Made by a program: the position numbers and the translations under genes. Under the pieces are notes generated by a model, which had not been told where the DNA came from, did no database searches, and saw nothing but the letters and a program-made list of their open reading frames with translations. From Nautiliaceae bacterium (GTDB lineage: Bacteria; Campylobacterota; Campylobacteria; Campylobacterales; Nautiliaceae), in NCBI GenBank assembly GCA_039831155.1, contig JBDONT010000037.1:1-41722 (forward strand): 41,722 nt of DNA, read 5' to 3'. Below, one piece after another: positions 29,300 through 38,052 of this stretch (the first letter of the stretch is position 1; each line of letters opens with the position of its first letter).

Positions 29300-30997
29300 A
29301 TGAAGATGACCGGTGCTCAAATAGTAATTGAATCTTTGATTAAAGAAAATGTGGAAGTAGTATTCGGATACCCAGGTGGGGCTATAATGAATGTTTATGA
29401 CGAAATATATAAACAAGACTCTTTTAAACATATTTTGGCAAAGCACGAACAAGGTGCCGTGCATATGGCTGACGGATATGCAAGGGCTAGCGGAAAAGTA
29501 GGCGTTGCGATGGTAACAAGTGGGCCTGGGCTTACAAATGCGATTACCGGGATAGCAACAGCGTATACAGATTCTATTCCTATGGTGATTATATCGGGAC
29601 AAGTTCCGACAACTGCCATAGGAACGGACGCGTTTCAAGAAGTTGACGCAGTGGGTGTTACAAGACCTATTACAAAGCATAACTTTTTGGTAAAAGACGT
29701 AGAAGATTTGGCGTATATTTTAAAAGAAGCTTTTTATTTGGCAAAATCCGGACGTCCTGGGCCGGTGCACGTGGATATTCCAAAAGACGTAACGATTGCT
29801 AAGACTAAATTTGAATATCCGGAAAAAATAGAATTAAAAACTTATAAACCTACCTATAAAGGTAATAAAAGAGCTATAAAAAGAGCCGTTGAAGCTATTA
29901 AAAAAGCTAAAAGACCGGTGTTTTATATAGGCGGTGGTAGTGTTTTAAGTGGGGCCTATGGGCTTATTAGAGAAATTGTAAAAACTACAAAGATTCCGGC
30001 AGTTGAAACTCTTATGGCCAGAGGAGTTTTAAGATACGACTGTCCTTATTTAATGGGAATGGTAGGGATGCACGGAAGTTATGCCGCTAATATGGCTATG
30101 AATGATGCAGACCTTATTATTTCACTTGGGGCTAGATTTGATGATAGGGTAACCGGAAAAATTGATGAGTTTGCAAAAAATGCGGATATCGTTCATATAG
30201 ATATCGACCCTTCTCAAATCGGAAAAGTAGTGCCTACTAAATATCCGATAGTGGGTGATGTGAAAATGGTGCTTGAAGATATGATACCACTTCTTTTAGA
30301 GGGGATTGATTCAAGCAGATATGAAGATTGGAGAGGTATTTTAAATAGATATAAAGAGCTTTATCCTTTGTCTTATAAAGATAGTGGTGAGGTAATAAAA
30401 CCTCAATGGGTTATTCAAAAAACCGGAGAAATAGCTCCGGAAGACGCAATTATTTCAACGGATGTGGGGCAACATCAGATGTGGACGGCACAGTTTTATC
30501 CGTTTACTTACCCTAGACAGCTTTTAACAAGCGGTGGACTCGGGACTATGGGATTTGGATTTCCGGCAGCCCTTGGAGCTAAAGAAAGTAAAAAAGATAA
30601 AGTGGTTATAAACTTTACAGGTGATGGCAGTATTATGATGAATATTCAAGAGGTGTTGACAGGATACAGATATAAACTTCCGGTAATTAATATCATTTTA
30701 AATAATAATTATTTAGGGATGGTAAGACAGTGGCAAACTATGTTTTATAATGATAGACTCTCTGAAACGGACCTTAGTGACGTACAGCCGGATTTTGTAA
30801 AACTGGCTGAGAGTATGGGAGGAGTTGGATATAGAGTAAAAACAAAAGATGAGTTTGAAAAAGCTTTAAAAGAGGCTATCGATTCTAAAAAAGTTGCATT
30901 TATAGACGTACAGATAGATAGACGCGAGGATGTGCTTCCTATGGTACCACCAAATTCCCCACTTAAAAATATGCTTATATTTAAGGATGAAAAATGA
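29300..30997 (+). CDS. ilvI: Acetolactate synthase large subunit
   Basis: FGYPGG, HEQGA, TSGPG, DVGQHQMW and GDGS...NNNYLGMVRQWQ; TGTTATAAT at 29272. Confidence 0.95.
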   Translation: MKMTGAQIVIESLIKENVEVVFGYPGGAIMNVYDEIYKQDSFKHILAKHEQGAVHMADGYARASGKVGVAMVTSGPGLTNAITGIATAYTDSIPMVIISGQVPTTAIGTDAFQEVDAVGVTRPITKHNFLVKDVEDLAYILKEAFYLAKSGRPGPVHVDIPKDVTIAKTKFEYPEKIELKTYKPTYKGNKRAIKRAVEAIKKAKRPVFYIGGGSVLSGAYGLIREIVKTTKIPAVETLMARGVLRYDCPYLMGMVGMHGSYAANMAMNDADLIISLGARFDDRVTGKIDEFAKNADIVHIDIDPSQIGKVVPTKYPIVGDVKMVLEDMIPLLLEGIDSSRYEDWRGILNRYKELYPLSYKDSGEVIKPQWVIQKTGEIAPEDAIISTDVGQHQMWTAQFYPFTYPRQLLTSGGLGTMGFGFPAALGAKESKKDKVVINFTGDGSIMMNIQEVLTGYRYKLPVINIILNNNYLGMVRQWQTMFYNDRLSETDLSDVQPDFVKLAESMGGVGYRVKTKDEFEKALKEAIDSKKVAFIDVQIDRREDVLPMVPPNSPLKNMLIFKDEK

Positions 30998-31467
30998 AAA
31001 GAATAATTTCCGTAATTTTAGAAAACGAACACGGAGCACTTGCTAGGGTCGTAAATATGTTTGCGGCAAGAGGTTATAATATAACTTCTTTAACCGTCTC
31101 TCCTATCCCAAACAGTGAATTTAGCAGAATGACTATAATGAGTGAGGGAGACCCTAAAATATTTGAACAAATCGTAAAACAGCTTTATAAACTAATACCG
31201 GTATATAAAGTAATTGAAAGTGACGATTTTATTGAAAAAGAGATGGCTATGGTTAAATTTCCTTTAAAAGAGGTAAAAGACAACCTTGCCGATATTGATG
31301 CTCTTGCTAGGTGTTATAATGGAAAAATAAGTAACGTAAATGATAAAAGTGTAGTGGTAAGTGTAGTGGATAGACCGAATAGAATTGATAACTTTTTAAA
31401 AGCGATGCAGGTAAAATATAAAAATCTTGAAGTGGTAAGAAGTGGGGTGAGTGTTATTGAAAGGTAG
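30994..31467 (+). CDS. ilvH: Acetolactate synthase small regulatory subunit
   Basis: ACT domain ENEHGALARV..F..RGYNI.SL; EQIVKQL.KL; EVVRSG. Confidence 0.95.
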   Translation: MKRIISVILENEHGALARVVNMFAARGYNITSLTVSPIPNSEFSRMTIMSEGDPKIFEQIVKQLYKLIPVYKVIESDDFIEKEMAMVKFPLKEVKDNLADIDALARCYNGKISNVNDKSVVVSVVDRPNRIDNFLKAMQVKYKNLEVVRSGVSVIER

Positions 31468-32245
31468 TTATGATAAAACTTTAAGAGAAATTTTTTCGGA
31501 TGTACCGGTAAATTTAATAAAGTTTCTTACAAATCAAGAGATAAAACGTCCTCTTAACCCTTCTTTTCCTTCCATAAAAGAGAGAATAGCCGATTTTTTG
31601 GTTGAGCTTGAAAACGGAGATATTTTTCATTTGGAGATACAGTCCGTTAATGATAAAACAATGCCACGAAGAATGCTTTTTTATGCTCTTTTAATAGAAG
31701 AGAAATATAAAAAATTTCCTATTCAAGTTGTTTTATATGTGGGTAATGAAAAATTAAGAATGCAAAACTTTTATAAAAGAAAAAATTTGGATTATAAATA
31801 TGAGCTTTTCAATATAAAGAATTTGGACTGCAACTATTTAATAAAAAGCCAGAGTATAGAGGATAATTTAATTGCAATTTTATGTAAAATTGACGATGAG
31901 GTGAATTTGCTTAACAGAATTACTTCTCGTCTGTTATCTTTGCCGGATAAAAAAAGGGTTGACTATTTAAAAAAACTTTTTATTCTTGCAAGATTAAGGC
32001 CAAAAGTGTATAATAAATTAGAAGAGTTTTATAAGGAGCAAAAAATGCCTATAGTATTAGACCCTAAGATTGACCCTTTGTATAAGAAGGGTTGGAATGA
32101 AGCTTGGAGTGAGGCTGAAAAAAAAACAAAAATAAAAGATGCTTTGTTGATTATAGAAAAATTTAATATTCCTATTGAAAAAGTGGCAAAAGAGCTTGGG
32201 TTAAAAGAAGATGAAATTAAAAAGGCGTTAAATGAAAATAAGTGA
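31451..32245 (+). CDS. Rpn/YhgA-like PD-(D/E)XK nuclease-family protein
   Basis: YD...R.IF, RIADFLV, HLEIQS, MP.RML.Y and QVVLYVG motifs; C-terminal 4-aa repeats and HTH-like tail. Confidence 0.85.
   Translation: MLLKGSYDKTLREIFSDVPVNLIKFLTNQEIKRPLNPSFPSIKERIADFLVELENGDIFHLEIQSVNDKTMPRRMLFYALLIEEKYKKFPIQVVLYVGNEKLRMQNFYKRKNLDYKYELFNIKNLDCNYLIKSQSIEDNLIAILCKIDDEVNLLNRITSRLLSLPDKKRVDYLKKLFILARLRPKVYNKLEEFYKEQKMPIVLDPKIDPLYKKGWNEAWSEAEKKTKIKDALLIIEKFNIPIEKVAKELGLKEDEIKKALNENK
31986..32047 (+). promoter_or_regulatory. Intragenic sigma70 promoter plus SD and ATG inside the Rpn-like gene
   Basis: TTGCAA (31986-31991)-N17-TATAAT (32009-32014); AAGGAG 32033-32038; ATG 32045. Confidence 0.7.
32045..32245 (+). 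CDS. Putative nested in-frame 66-aa C-terminal protein (RpnS-like antitoxin)
   Basis: In-frame ATG (codon 199) 6 nt after AAGGAG, with an upstream internal promoter. Confidence 0.6.
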   Translation: MPIVLDPKIDPLYKKGWNEAWSEAEKKTKIKDALLIIEKFNIPIEKVAKELGLKEDEIKKALNENK

Positions 32246-33179
32246 AATTTGTAAAATTTTAGAACTTAACTGCGATTTTGAAAAAGATAAAGAGATAAAA
32301 GGGATTAATACTTTACAAGATGCAAATGAGAATGAAATAAGTTTTCTTGAAAATCCTAAATATGTTAAATATCTGAAAAATACAAAAGCTGCTGCAGTAC
32401 TTATAAGAGAAGAGGACGCAGCTAAGTTACCCGAAGGTGTTATTGCTTTAAAGACGGATGAACCTTATTTAAAACTGGCTTATTTAACTAAATATTTCGC
32501 AAAAGAGCCTTGGGTTGAGGGAGGATATCAGATAGCTAAAAGTGCTAAAGTCGACAGTAGCGTAAGGATAGGAAAAGGTGCGAAGATAGGAAATAACGTA
32601 ACGATTATGCCAAACGTTGTAGTAGGTCCGGATGTGGAGATAGCGGAGGGGAGTGTTATTTATCCTAATGTGACTCTTTATAGGGATACGAAAATAGGGA
32701 AAAACGTAAAAATTCACGCCGGTAGCGTAATAGGAAGTGATGGTTTTGGATATGCTCATACAAAAGAAGGTGCTCACGTAAAAATTTATCATTTAGGGCG
32801 TGTGGTAATTGAAGACGATGTCGAAATAGGAGCGAATACTACAATAGACAGAGGAGTTTTTGGAGAGACCAGAGTAAAAAGAGGTACCATTGTTGACAAT
32901 TTGGTTCAAATAGGACATAACTGTGAGATAGGAGAATATTCAATTTTGGTTTCTCAAGTTGGATTATCCGGTAGTTCTAAACTTGGAAGAAACGTTATTA
33001 TGGGTGGTCAAAGTGCAACGGCCGGGCATTTGGAGATTGCTCCTTTTACTACTATTGCCGCAAGGGGAGGTGTTACTAAATCTATAAAAGAACCCGGTGT
33101 TTATTCCGGTTTTCCTCTAATGCCTCATAAAGCTTGGTTAAAATTACAGGGAGTTTTACAAAGGCTTCTTAAAAAATAG
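32232..33179 (+). CDS. lpxD: UDP-3-O-acylglucosamine N-acyltransferase
   Basis: ISFL.NPKY, hexapeptide repeats, [17 protein letters not shown] and DNLVQIGHN. Confidence 0.96.
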   Translation: MKISEICKILELNCDFEKDKEIKGINTLQDANENEISFLENPKYVKYLKNTKAAAVLIREEDAAKLPEGVIALKTDEPYLKLAYLTKYFAKEPWVEGGYQIAKSAKVDSSVRIGKGAKIGNNVTIMPNVVVGPDVEIAEGSVIYPNVTLYRDTKIGKNVKIHAGSVIGSDGFGYAHTKEGAHVKIYHLGRVVIEDDVEIGANTTIDRGVFGETRVKRGTIVDNLVQIGHNCEIGEYSILVSQVGLSGSSKLGRNVIMGGQSATAGHLEIAPFTTIAARGGVTKSIKEPGVYSGFPLMPHKAWLKLQGVLQRLLKK

Positions 33180-33225
33180 TTTTTCTCTCTCTTTTTGATA
33201 TAATTGTGTAAAAAAAGAGGAATAG

Positions 33226-33858
33226 ATGAGAGTTGTTTTTTTATTGATTTTAGGGCTTTTTTTAAGCGCGTATGAAGAAGTTTCGATTTTAAACGTTAAT
33301 GCCAATAAAGTTGTTCTTTCAAAAAGCGTTCAAAAGGGTGTTAGTGGTTATGTTATTTGTAAAGACAATAATTTAAGTATTATTTGTGCAAGGGCTGTAG
33401 GGGATTTAAAAAAAGCGACTCTTTATCCTTATGAAGATTTAAAAAACAGTGCTTTTGCTTTGCCGGTCGTATTACCTAAAAAGCACGATAAGATAATTTT
33501 TAAAAAAGATTATGAGAGAGTTTTGATTATAGCTCCTAATCAAGACGAGTATTTAAAAGTTAAATCTTTTTATAAAAATGCTACTTTTATCTCTCCCGAT
33601 ATTTTTGCCGCTTATATTGATGATATTCCTACAAAAGAAGATTTTATAAACTTTGCCAAAATTTTTAATATAGGAAGGATGGTTTTTGTATTAGATAGGG
33701 TATATGAGGTTGATTCTTTTAGTTTTTATGCAGTTAAAGTTTACGGAAAATTTAAAGCAGCTTATAAAAAAGCTTTCTTTACAACTTATCCTAAATTCGA
33801 TATAAAAGGAAAAAATTTTATAAATTATTATAAAAACTTAATAAAGGGTGCAAAATGA
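33226..33858 (+). CDS. Exported protein, PgbA N-terminal (plasminogen-binding)-like
   Basis: Signal peptide, G.SG.V, L..SAFALP, Y.R.LIIAPN and PDIFAA; sits upstream of glcD as pgbA does in Helicobacter (recalled); TGATATAAT at 33196. Confidence 0.65.
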   Translation: MRVVFLLILGLFLSAYEEVSILNVNANKVVLSKSVQKGVSGYVICKDNNLSIICARAVGDLKKATLYPYEDLKNSAFALPVVLPKKHDKIIFKKDYERVLIIAPNQDEYLKVKSFYKNATFISPDIFAAYIDDIPTKEDFINFAKIFNIGRMVFVLDRVYEVDSFSFYAVKVYGKFKAAYKKAFFTTYPKFDIKGKNFINYYKNLIKGAK

Positions 33859-35234
33859 TGGAAAAACATATTAAAGCTTTGGAAGAGATAGTAGGAAAAG
33901 AGGATGTAAAAGTTGATAAAGCCCATTTAAGGGCGTATTCTTATGATGCTACAAAAGAGCATTATTATCCGGATGCCGTGGTGTTTCCGGAAAATGAAGA
34001 AGAGGTAAGTAGAATCTTAAAATACTGCAATGAAGAGAAAATAGCTATTATTCCAAGGGGTGCCGGGAGTGGATTTACCGGGGGTGCTTTGCCGGTAAAC
34101 GGAGGAATTGTTTTGGCACTGGAAAAATATATGAATAAAATACTTGAAATTGACGAAAAAGATATGGTTGCCGTGGTTCAACCGGGCGTTATAAATGCCG
34201 AACTTCAAAAAGCAGTTGAAGAGAGAGGGCTTTTTTATCCACCGGATCCGGCTAGTATGGATTATTCCACTATCGGTGGAAACGTAAGTGAAAACGCAGG
34301 TGGTATGAGAGCTGCAAAGTACGGTCTTACGAAAGATTATGTAATGAGCTTAAAAGCCGTACTGCCAAACGGGGAAATAATTAGAGCCGGAAAAAGAACT
34401 ATTAAAGATGTGGCCGGATATAACGTAGCCGGAATTTTAATAGCTAGTGAAGGTACTTTAGCCGTTATAACCGAAATTACTTTAAAGCTTTTACCAAAAC
34501 CTAAACTGAAAAAAACTTATATGGGAATTTTTGAAAACGTAGAACAGGCAATGAACGCCGTTTATAAATCTTTGGCACGTGGGGCTATGCCGGTTGCTAT
34601 GGAGTTTATGGATAGTCTGGTTGTAAAAGCGTTAAGAGAAAAATTAAACGTAAATTTACCGGAGTGGGCAGGGGCTTTGCTTGTAGGAGATGTTGACGGA
34701 AATGTAGAAGAGGAGATTAATTATCAGTTATCGATTCTTGAAGAGTCGTTTAAAGAAGAAGGAGCGAAAGAGTTTAGGGTTGCAAAAAATGAAGAAGAAT
34801 CAAAAGAGATTTGGTATGCAAGAAGAAATGCTTCTCCGGCTATTACTATTTACGGTACTAAAAAGTTAAACGAAGATATTTCAGTACCTAGAAGTAAACT
34901 TCCGGTAGCTTTAAACGGAATTTATGAAATAGGTAAAAAATATGGAGTTTTGATTCCTTGTTTCGGACACGCAGGGGATGGTAATATTCACGTAAACGTA
35001 ATGGTAAACGGAAGCGATGAAGAGGAACTAAAAAGAGGTTATAAAGCTGTTGAAGAAATATTTGAGTATGTTGTTTCTTTGGGTGGTACTTTAAGTGGAG
35101 AACACGGAATAGGGCTTAGTAAAGCACCTTTTATGAAGATAGCCTTTAGTGATGCGGAGCTTGAGCTTTTTAGAAGAATAAAACACGCATTTGACCCTAA
35201 CGGAATTATGAATCCCGGGAAAATGGGACTTTGA
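33855..35234 (+). CDS. glcD: GlcD-like FAD-linked 2-hydroxyacid oxidase/dehydrogenase
   Basis: PRGAGSG.TGG, YPPDPAS, STIGGNV.ENAGG, GHAGDGN.H and SGEHGIG. Confidence 0.88.
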   Translation: MMEKHIKALEEIVGKEDVKVDKAHLRAYSYDATKEHYYPDAVVFPENEEEVSRILKYCNEEKIAIIPRGAGSGFTGGALPVNGGIVLALEKYMNKILEIDEKDMVAVVQPGVINAELQKAVEERGLFYPPDPASMDYSTIGGNVSENAGGMRAAKYGLTKDYVMSLKAVLPNGEIIRAGKRTIKDVAGYNVAGILIASEGTLAVITEITLKLLPKPKLKKTYMGIFENVEQAMNAVYKSLARGAMPVAMEFMDSLVVKALREKLNVNLPEWAGALLVGDVDGNVEEEINYQLSILEESFKEEGAKEFRVAKNEEESKEIWYARRNASPAITIYGTKKLNEDISVPRSKLPVALNGIYEIGKKYGVLIPCFGHAGDGNIHVNVMVNGSDEEELKRGYKAVEEIFEYVVSLGGTLSGEHGIGLSKAPFMKIAFSDAELELFRRIKHAFDPNGIMNPGKMGL

Positions 35235-35992
35235 TGAGAATTTGTACTTTTAATGTAAATTCCATTAGAAGCAGATTAGAAATAGTTCAAAATTTAATTA
35301 AAGAGTTTGATATTGATATTTTATGTATGCAGGAGATAAAAGTACAAAACGAGAAATTTCCTAGAATAGATGAAGAGTTTGAGTGTATTGTAAACGGACA
35401 AAAACGTTTAAACGGAGTTGCTATTTGTTCTAGATTTCCGATTGACGATTATGAAACGGAATTTGAGGGGGAAAGAGAAGAGGCCAGATTTGTTTATTCA
35501 TTGATTAATGGTTTGCATATTGTCAATGTCTATGTGCCTTTAGGGGATAATTATTCTCAAAAGTTTGAATTTAAGATGTTTTTTTACGAAAAACTGTTTG
35601 AATTTTTAAAAAGATTTAATTTAGAAAAAGAAAATGTAATTTTATGTGGTGATATGAACGTGGCTTTTAGTGACCTTGATGTATGGGATGCTGATGTTTG
35701 GGAGGGGGAAGTTACGTTTTTGCCGGAAGAAAAAGCTATGATTAATAGACTTTTGAATATGGGATTTGTTGATATTTTAAGAGAGTTTTATCCTAAAGAG
35801 AGGATTTTTACTTTTTATGACTATAAAGGGGCTAAAGTATATAAAAACGAAGGTTTAAGACTCGATTATTTTTTCTTATCAAAGCCTCTTTTAAAAAGGG
35901 TAGAGTCTTTGGAGGTTTTGACATCTTTGAGGAGAAAAAGAAAGCCTACTCCCTCTGACCACGTTCCTTTGATTTTAGAGCTTAAGGATTGA
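35234..35992 (+). CDS. xth: Exodeoxyribonuclease III (AP endonuclease)
   Basis: FNVNSIR, QEIK, NGVA, GDMN, GLRLDY and SDHVP. Confidence 0.93.
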   Translation: MRICTFNVNSIRSRLEIVQNLIKEFDIDILCMQEIKVQNEKFPRIDEEFECIVNGQKRLNGVAICSRFPIDDYETEFEGEREEARFVYSLINGLHIVNVYVPLGDNYSQKFEFKMFFYEKLFEFLKRFNLEKENVILCGDMNVAFSDLDVWDADVWEGEVTFLPEEKAMINRLLNMGFVDILREFYPKERIFTFYDYKGAKVYKNEGLRLDYFFLSKPLLKRVESLEVLTSLRRKRKPTPSDHVPLILELKD

Positions 35993-35993
35993 A

Positions 35994-36569
35994 ATGTTAA
36001 ATGATATTATTCATTTTTTAGTTGAGTTTTGTAATTCTATAGGGTATGTAGGAGTATATTTATATATGGTGCTAGTTGGTACTTTTATTCCGGTGCCTAG
36101 TGAGCTTGTTTTGTTGCCGGCAGGGTATTTGGCTGCAACCGGTAAAAAAGATTTAGTGTTACTTTGGGTTAGTGGAGCGTTGGGGTCTTTGACCGGAGCT
36201 TTGATTAACTATTTTTTGGCAAAAATTTTAATTAATAAACTTTTAAAAGATAAACCGATTATCCAAAAAGTAAATAAATTTTGGAGTATGCACGGTAAAA
36301 TTTCTGCGTTTTTAGCCCCTTTGACTCCCGGGCTTGGTCAGTATATTTCAATTCCGGCAGGGCTTTTTCATATGCCTCTTCGTTGGTTTATTCCTTTAAC
36401 GTTTAGTGCCAATTTAATTTGGGTCGGATTTATGCTTATGATAGGTTATCTGTTTGGGACCGGAGAAAATGCTCATAAAGAAGCTGTTTTGGGAAGTTTG
36501 ATTTTACTGGGAGGAGTTATTATCGTAGCTAGTATTTATGTATTTAGAGAATTAAAAAGAAGAGATTAA
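35994..36569 (+). CDS. DedA family membrane protein
   Basis: FIPVPSELVLLPAG, GSL.GA..NY and ISIPAG. Confidence 0.88.
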   Translation: MLNDIIHFLVEFCNSIGYVGVYLYMVLVGTFIPVPSELVLLPAGYLAATGKKDLVLLWVSGALGSLTGALINYFLAKILINKLLKDKPIIQKVNKFWSMHGKISAFLAPLTPGLGQYISIPAGLFHMPLRWFIPLTFSANLIWVGFMLMIGYLFGTGENAHKEAVLGSLILLGGVIIVASIYVFRELKRRD

Positions 36570-36847
36570 GCGATATAATCCACTACTCTTCTTTCTAAAA
36601 TATAAGGCTTTAAAAATTCAATTACTTCTAAGTGTTTAGGATGTGTTGCGTAAATTTCTAAGTCTTTGATGTCTTTTACTTTTGTAAAAACACAAAAGTC
36701 ACTTGGACTTTTATCAAATCTTATATCAATTCCTACTTCTATTTCTATTATTTGAGGAATTACATTTTTTAGGTTTTCTATTCTTTTTTTAAACTCCTCA
36801 AGAGGGGCGTCTTTTTTTGCTTTGAAAATTACTACGTGTTTAATCAT
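36566..36847 (-). CDS. Dabb (stress-responsive A/B barrel) protein
   Basis: MIKHVVIFK, IP.I..IEVG, Y..HP.H and VVDY. Confidence 0.85.
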   Translation of the reverse strand: MIKHVVIFKAKKDAPLEEFKKRIENLKNVIPQIIEIEVGIDIRFDKSPSDFCVFTKVKDIKDLEIYATHPKHLEVIEFLKPYILERRVVDYIA

Positions 36848-38010
36848 TCTAAGCCTTCTACGAACTCTTTTATTCTTTTTATACCCTTTTTAATTGTGTC
36901 TAAATCTGTAGCAAAAGAGAATCTAAAATATCCTTCGCTTCCAAATCCTATCCCAGGTACTACGGCTACTCCTTTTTCTTCCAGAAGACTAAGTGCAAAG
37001 GCCATTGATTCCGGCATAATTTTTTTATGGTTTACGTAGATATAAAAAGCACCTTGAGGTTTTGCCGCACTTAAACCTTCTATTTCATTGAAAGCTTCGT
37101 ATACGTAATCTCTTCTTTTTTTAAACTCTTTTAACATACTTTCAACATCTTTATCGGCTTCTCCTAAAAGAGCCGGAATAGCAGCTTTTTGAGTAATTGA
37201 GTTTATATTTGATGTCATTTGAGATTGAAGTTTAATCATAGCTTTTATAAGCTCTTTGTTTTTACTTGCAAGATACCCGAATCTCCATCCCGTCATTGCA
37301 TGGGATTTACTAAGACCGTTTACTGTAATTGTTCTTTTTAGCATATCTTCGTTTATGCTTGCAGTTGCACAAAAATCCCCTTCATAGATTAATTTTTCAT
37401 ACATTTCATCACTTACCACCCAGATATTACTATCTTTTAAAACTTCTGCAAGTGCATTTAACTCTTCTTTTGAGTAGACAGCACCGGTTGGATTGCTTGG
37501 AGTTGTTAGAATTAACATTTTTGTTTTTGGAGTAATTGCTTTTTTTAGCATTTGAGGAGTGATTTTGAAGTTAGTCTCTTCTGTAGTTTCTATAGGTACT
37601 ACAACTCCGTCGTGATATTTTACAAGTTCCGGATATGTCACCCAATAAGGGCTAGGGATAATTACTTCGTCTCCTTTTTCAATTAAACAGGCCATTATAT
37701 TGTATAACGACTGTTTAGCTCCGTTACTTACTATAATTTCATCTGTTTCGTAGTCTAGGTTGTTGTCTTTTTTTAATTTTATTTTAATAGCTTCTAAAAC
37801 TTCCGGAATACCGGCTACGGAGGTGTATTTTGTAAATCCTTCCTCTATTGCTTTAATAGCAGCTTCTTTTATTATTTGAGGTGTATCAAAATCCGGTTCT
37901 CCGGCACTAAAAGCCAAGACGTCTTTTCCTTTAGCTTTTAGTTCTCTTGCTTTTTGAGAGATTGCGATTGTTAAAGAAGGGGATAATTTTTCTATTCTTT
38001 TGCTTAACAT
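36844..38010 (-). CDS. Class I PLP aminotransferase (aspartate aminotransferase-like)
   Basis: AGEPDFDTP, GAKQ, PSNPTG, SDEMY and SKSHAMTGWR.G; TGATATAAT on the minus strand at 38032-38040. Confidence 0.93.
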   Translation of the reverse strand: MLSKRIEKLSPSLTIAISQKARELKAKGKDVLAFSAGEPDFDTPQIIKEAAIKAIEEGFTKYTSVAGIPEVLEAIKIKLKKDNNLDYETDEIIVSNGAKQSLYNIMACLIEKGDEVIIPSPYWVTYPELVKYHDGVVVPIETTEETNFKITPQMLKKAITPKTKMLILTTPSNPTGAVYSKEELNALAEVLKDSNIWVVSDEMYEKLIYEGDFCATASINEDMLKRTITVNGLSKSHAMTGWRFGYLASKNKELIKAMIKLQSQMTSNINSITQKAAIPALLGEADKDVESMLKEFKKRRDYVYEAFNEIEGLSAAKPQGAFYIYVNHKKIMPESMAFALSLLEEKGVAVVPGIGFGSEGYFRFSFATDLDTIKKGIKRIKEFVEGLE

Positions 38011-38052
38011 ACTTTACCCTTTTTAGTCTGAATTATATCAAAAGTTTTATTT

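Noticed and set aside
33180-33225. Possible terminator after lpxD (CTCTTTTT...AAAAAGAG)
   Set aside because: Weak AT-rich stem without a U-tail; it overlaps the next promoter and SD.
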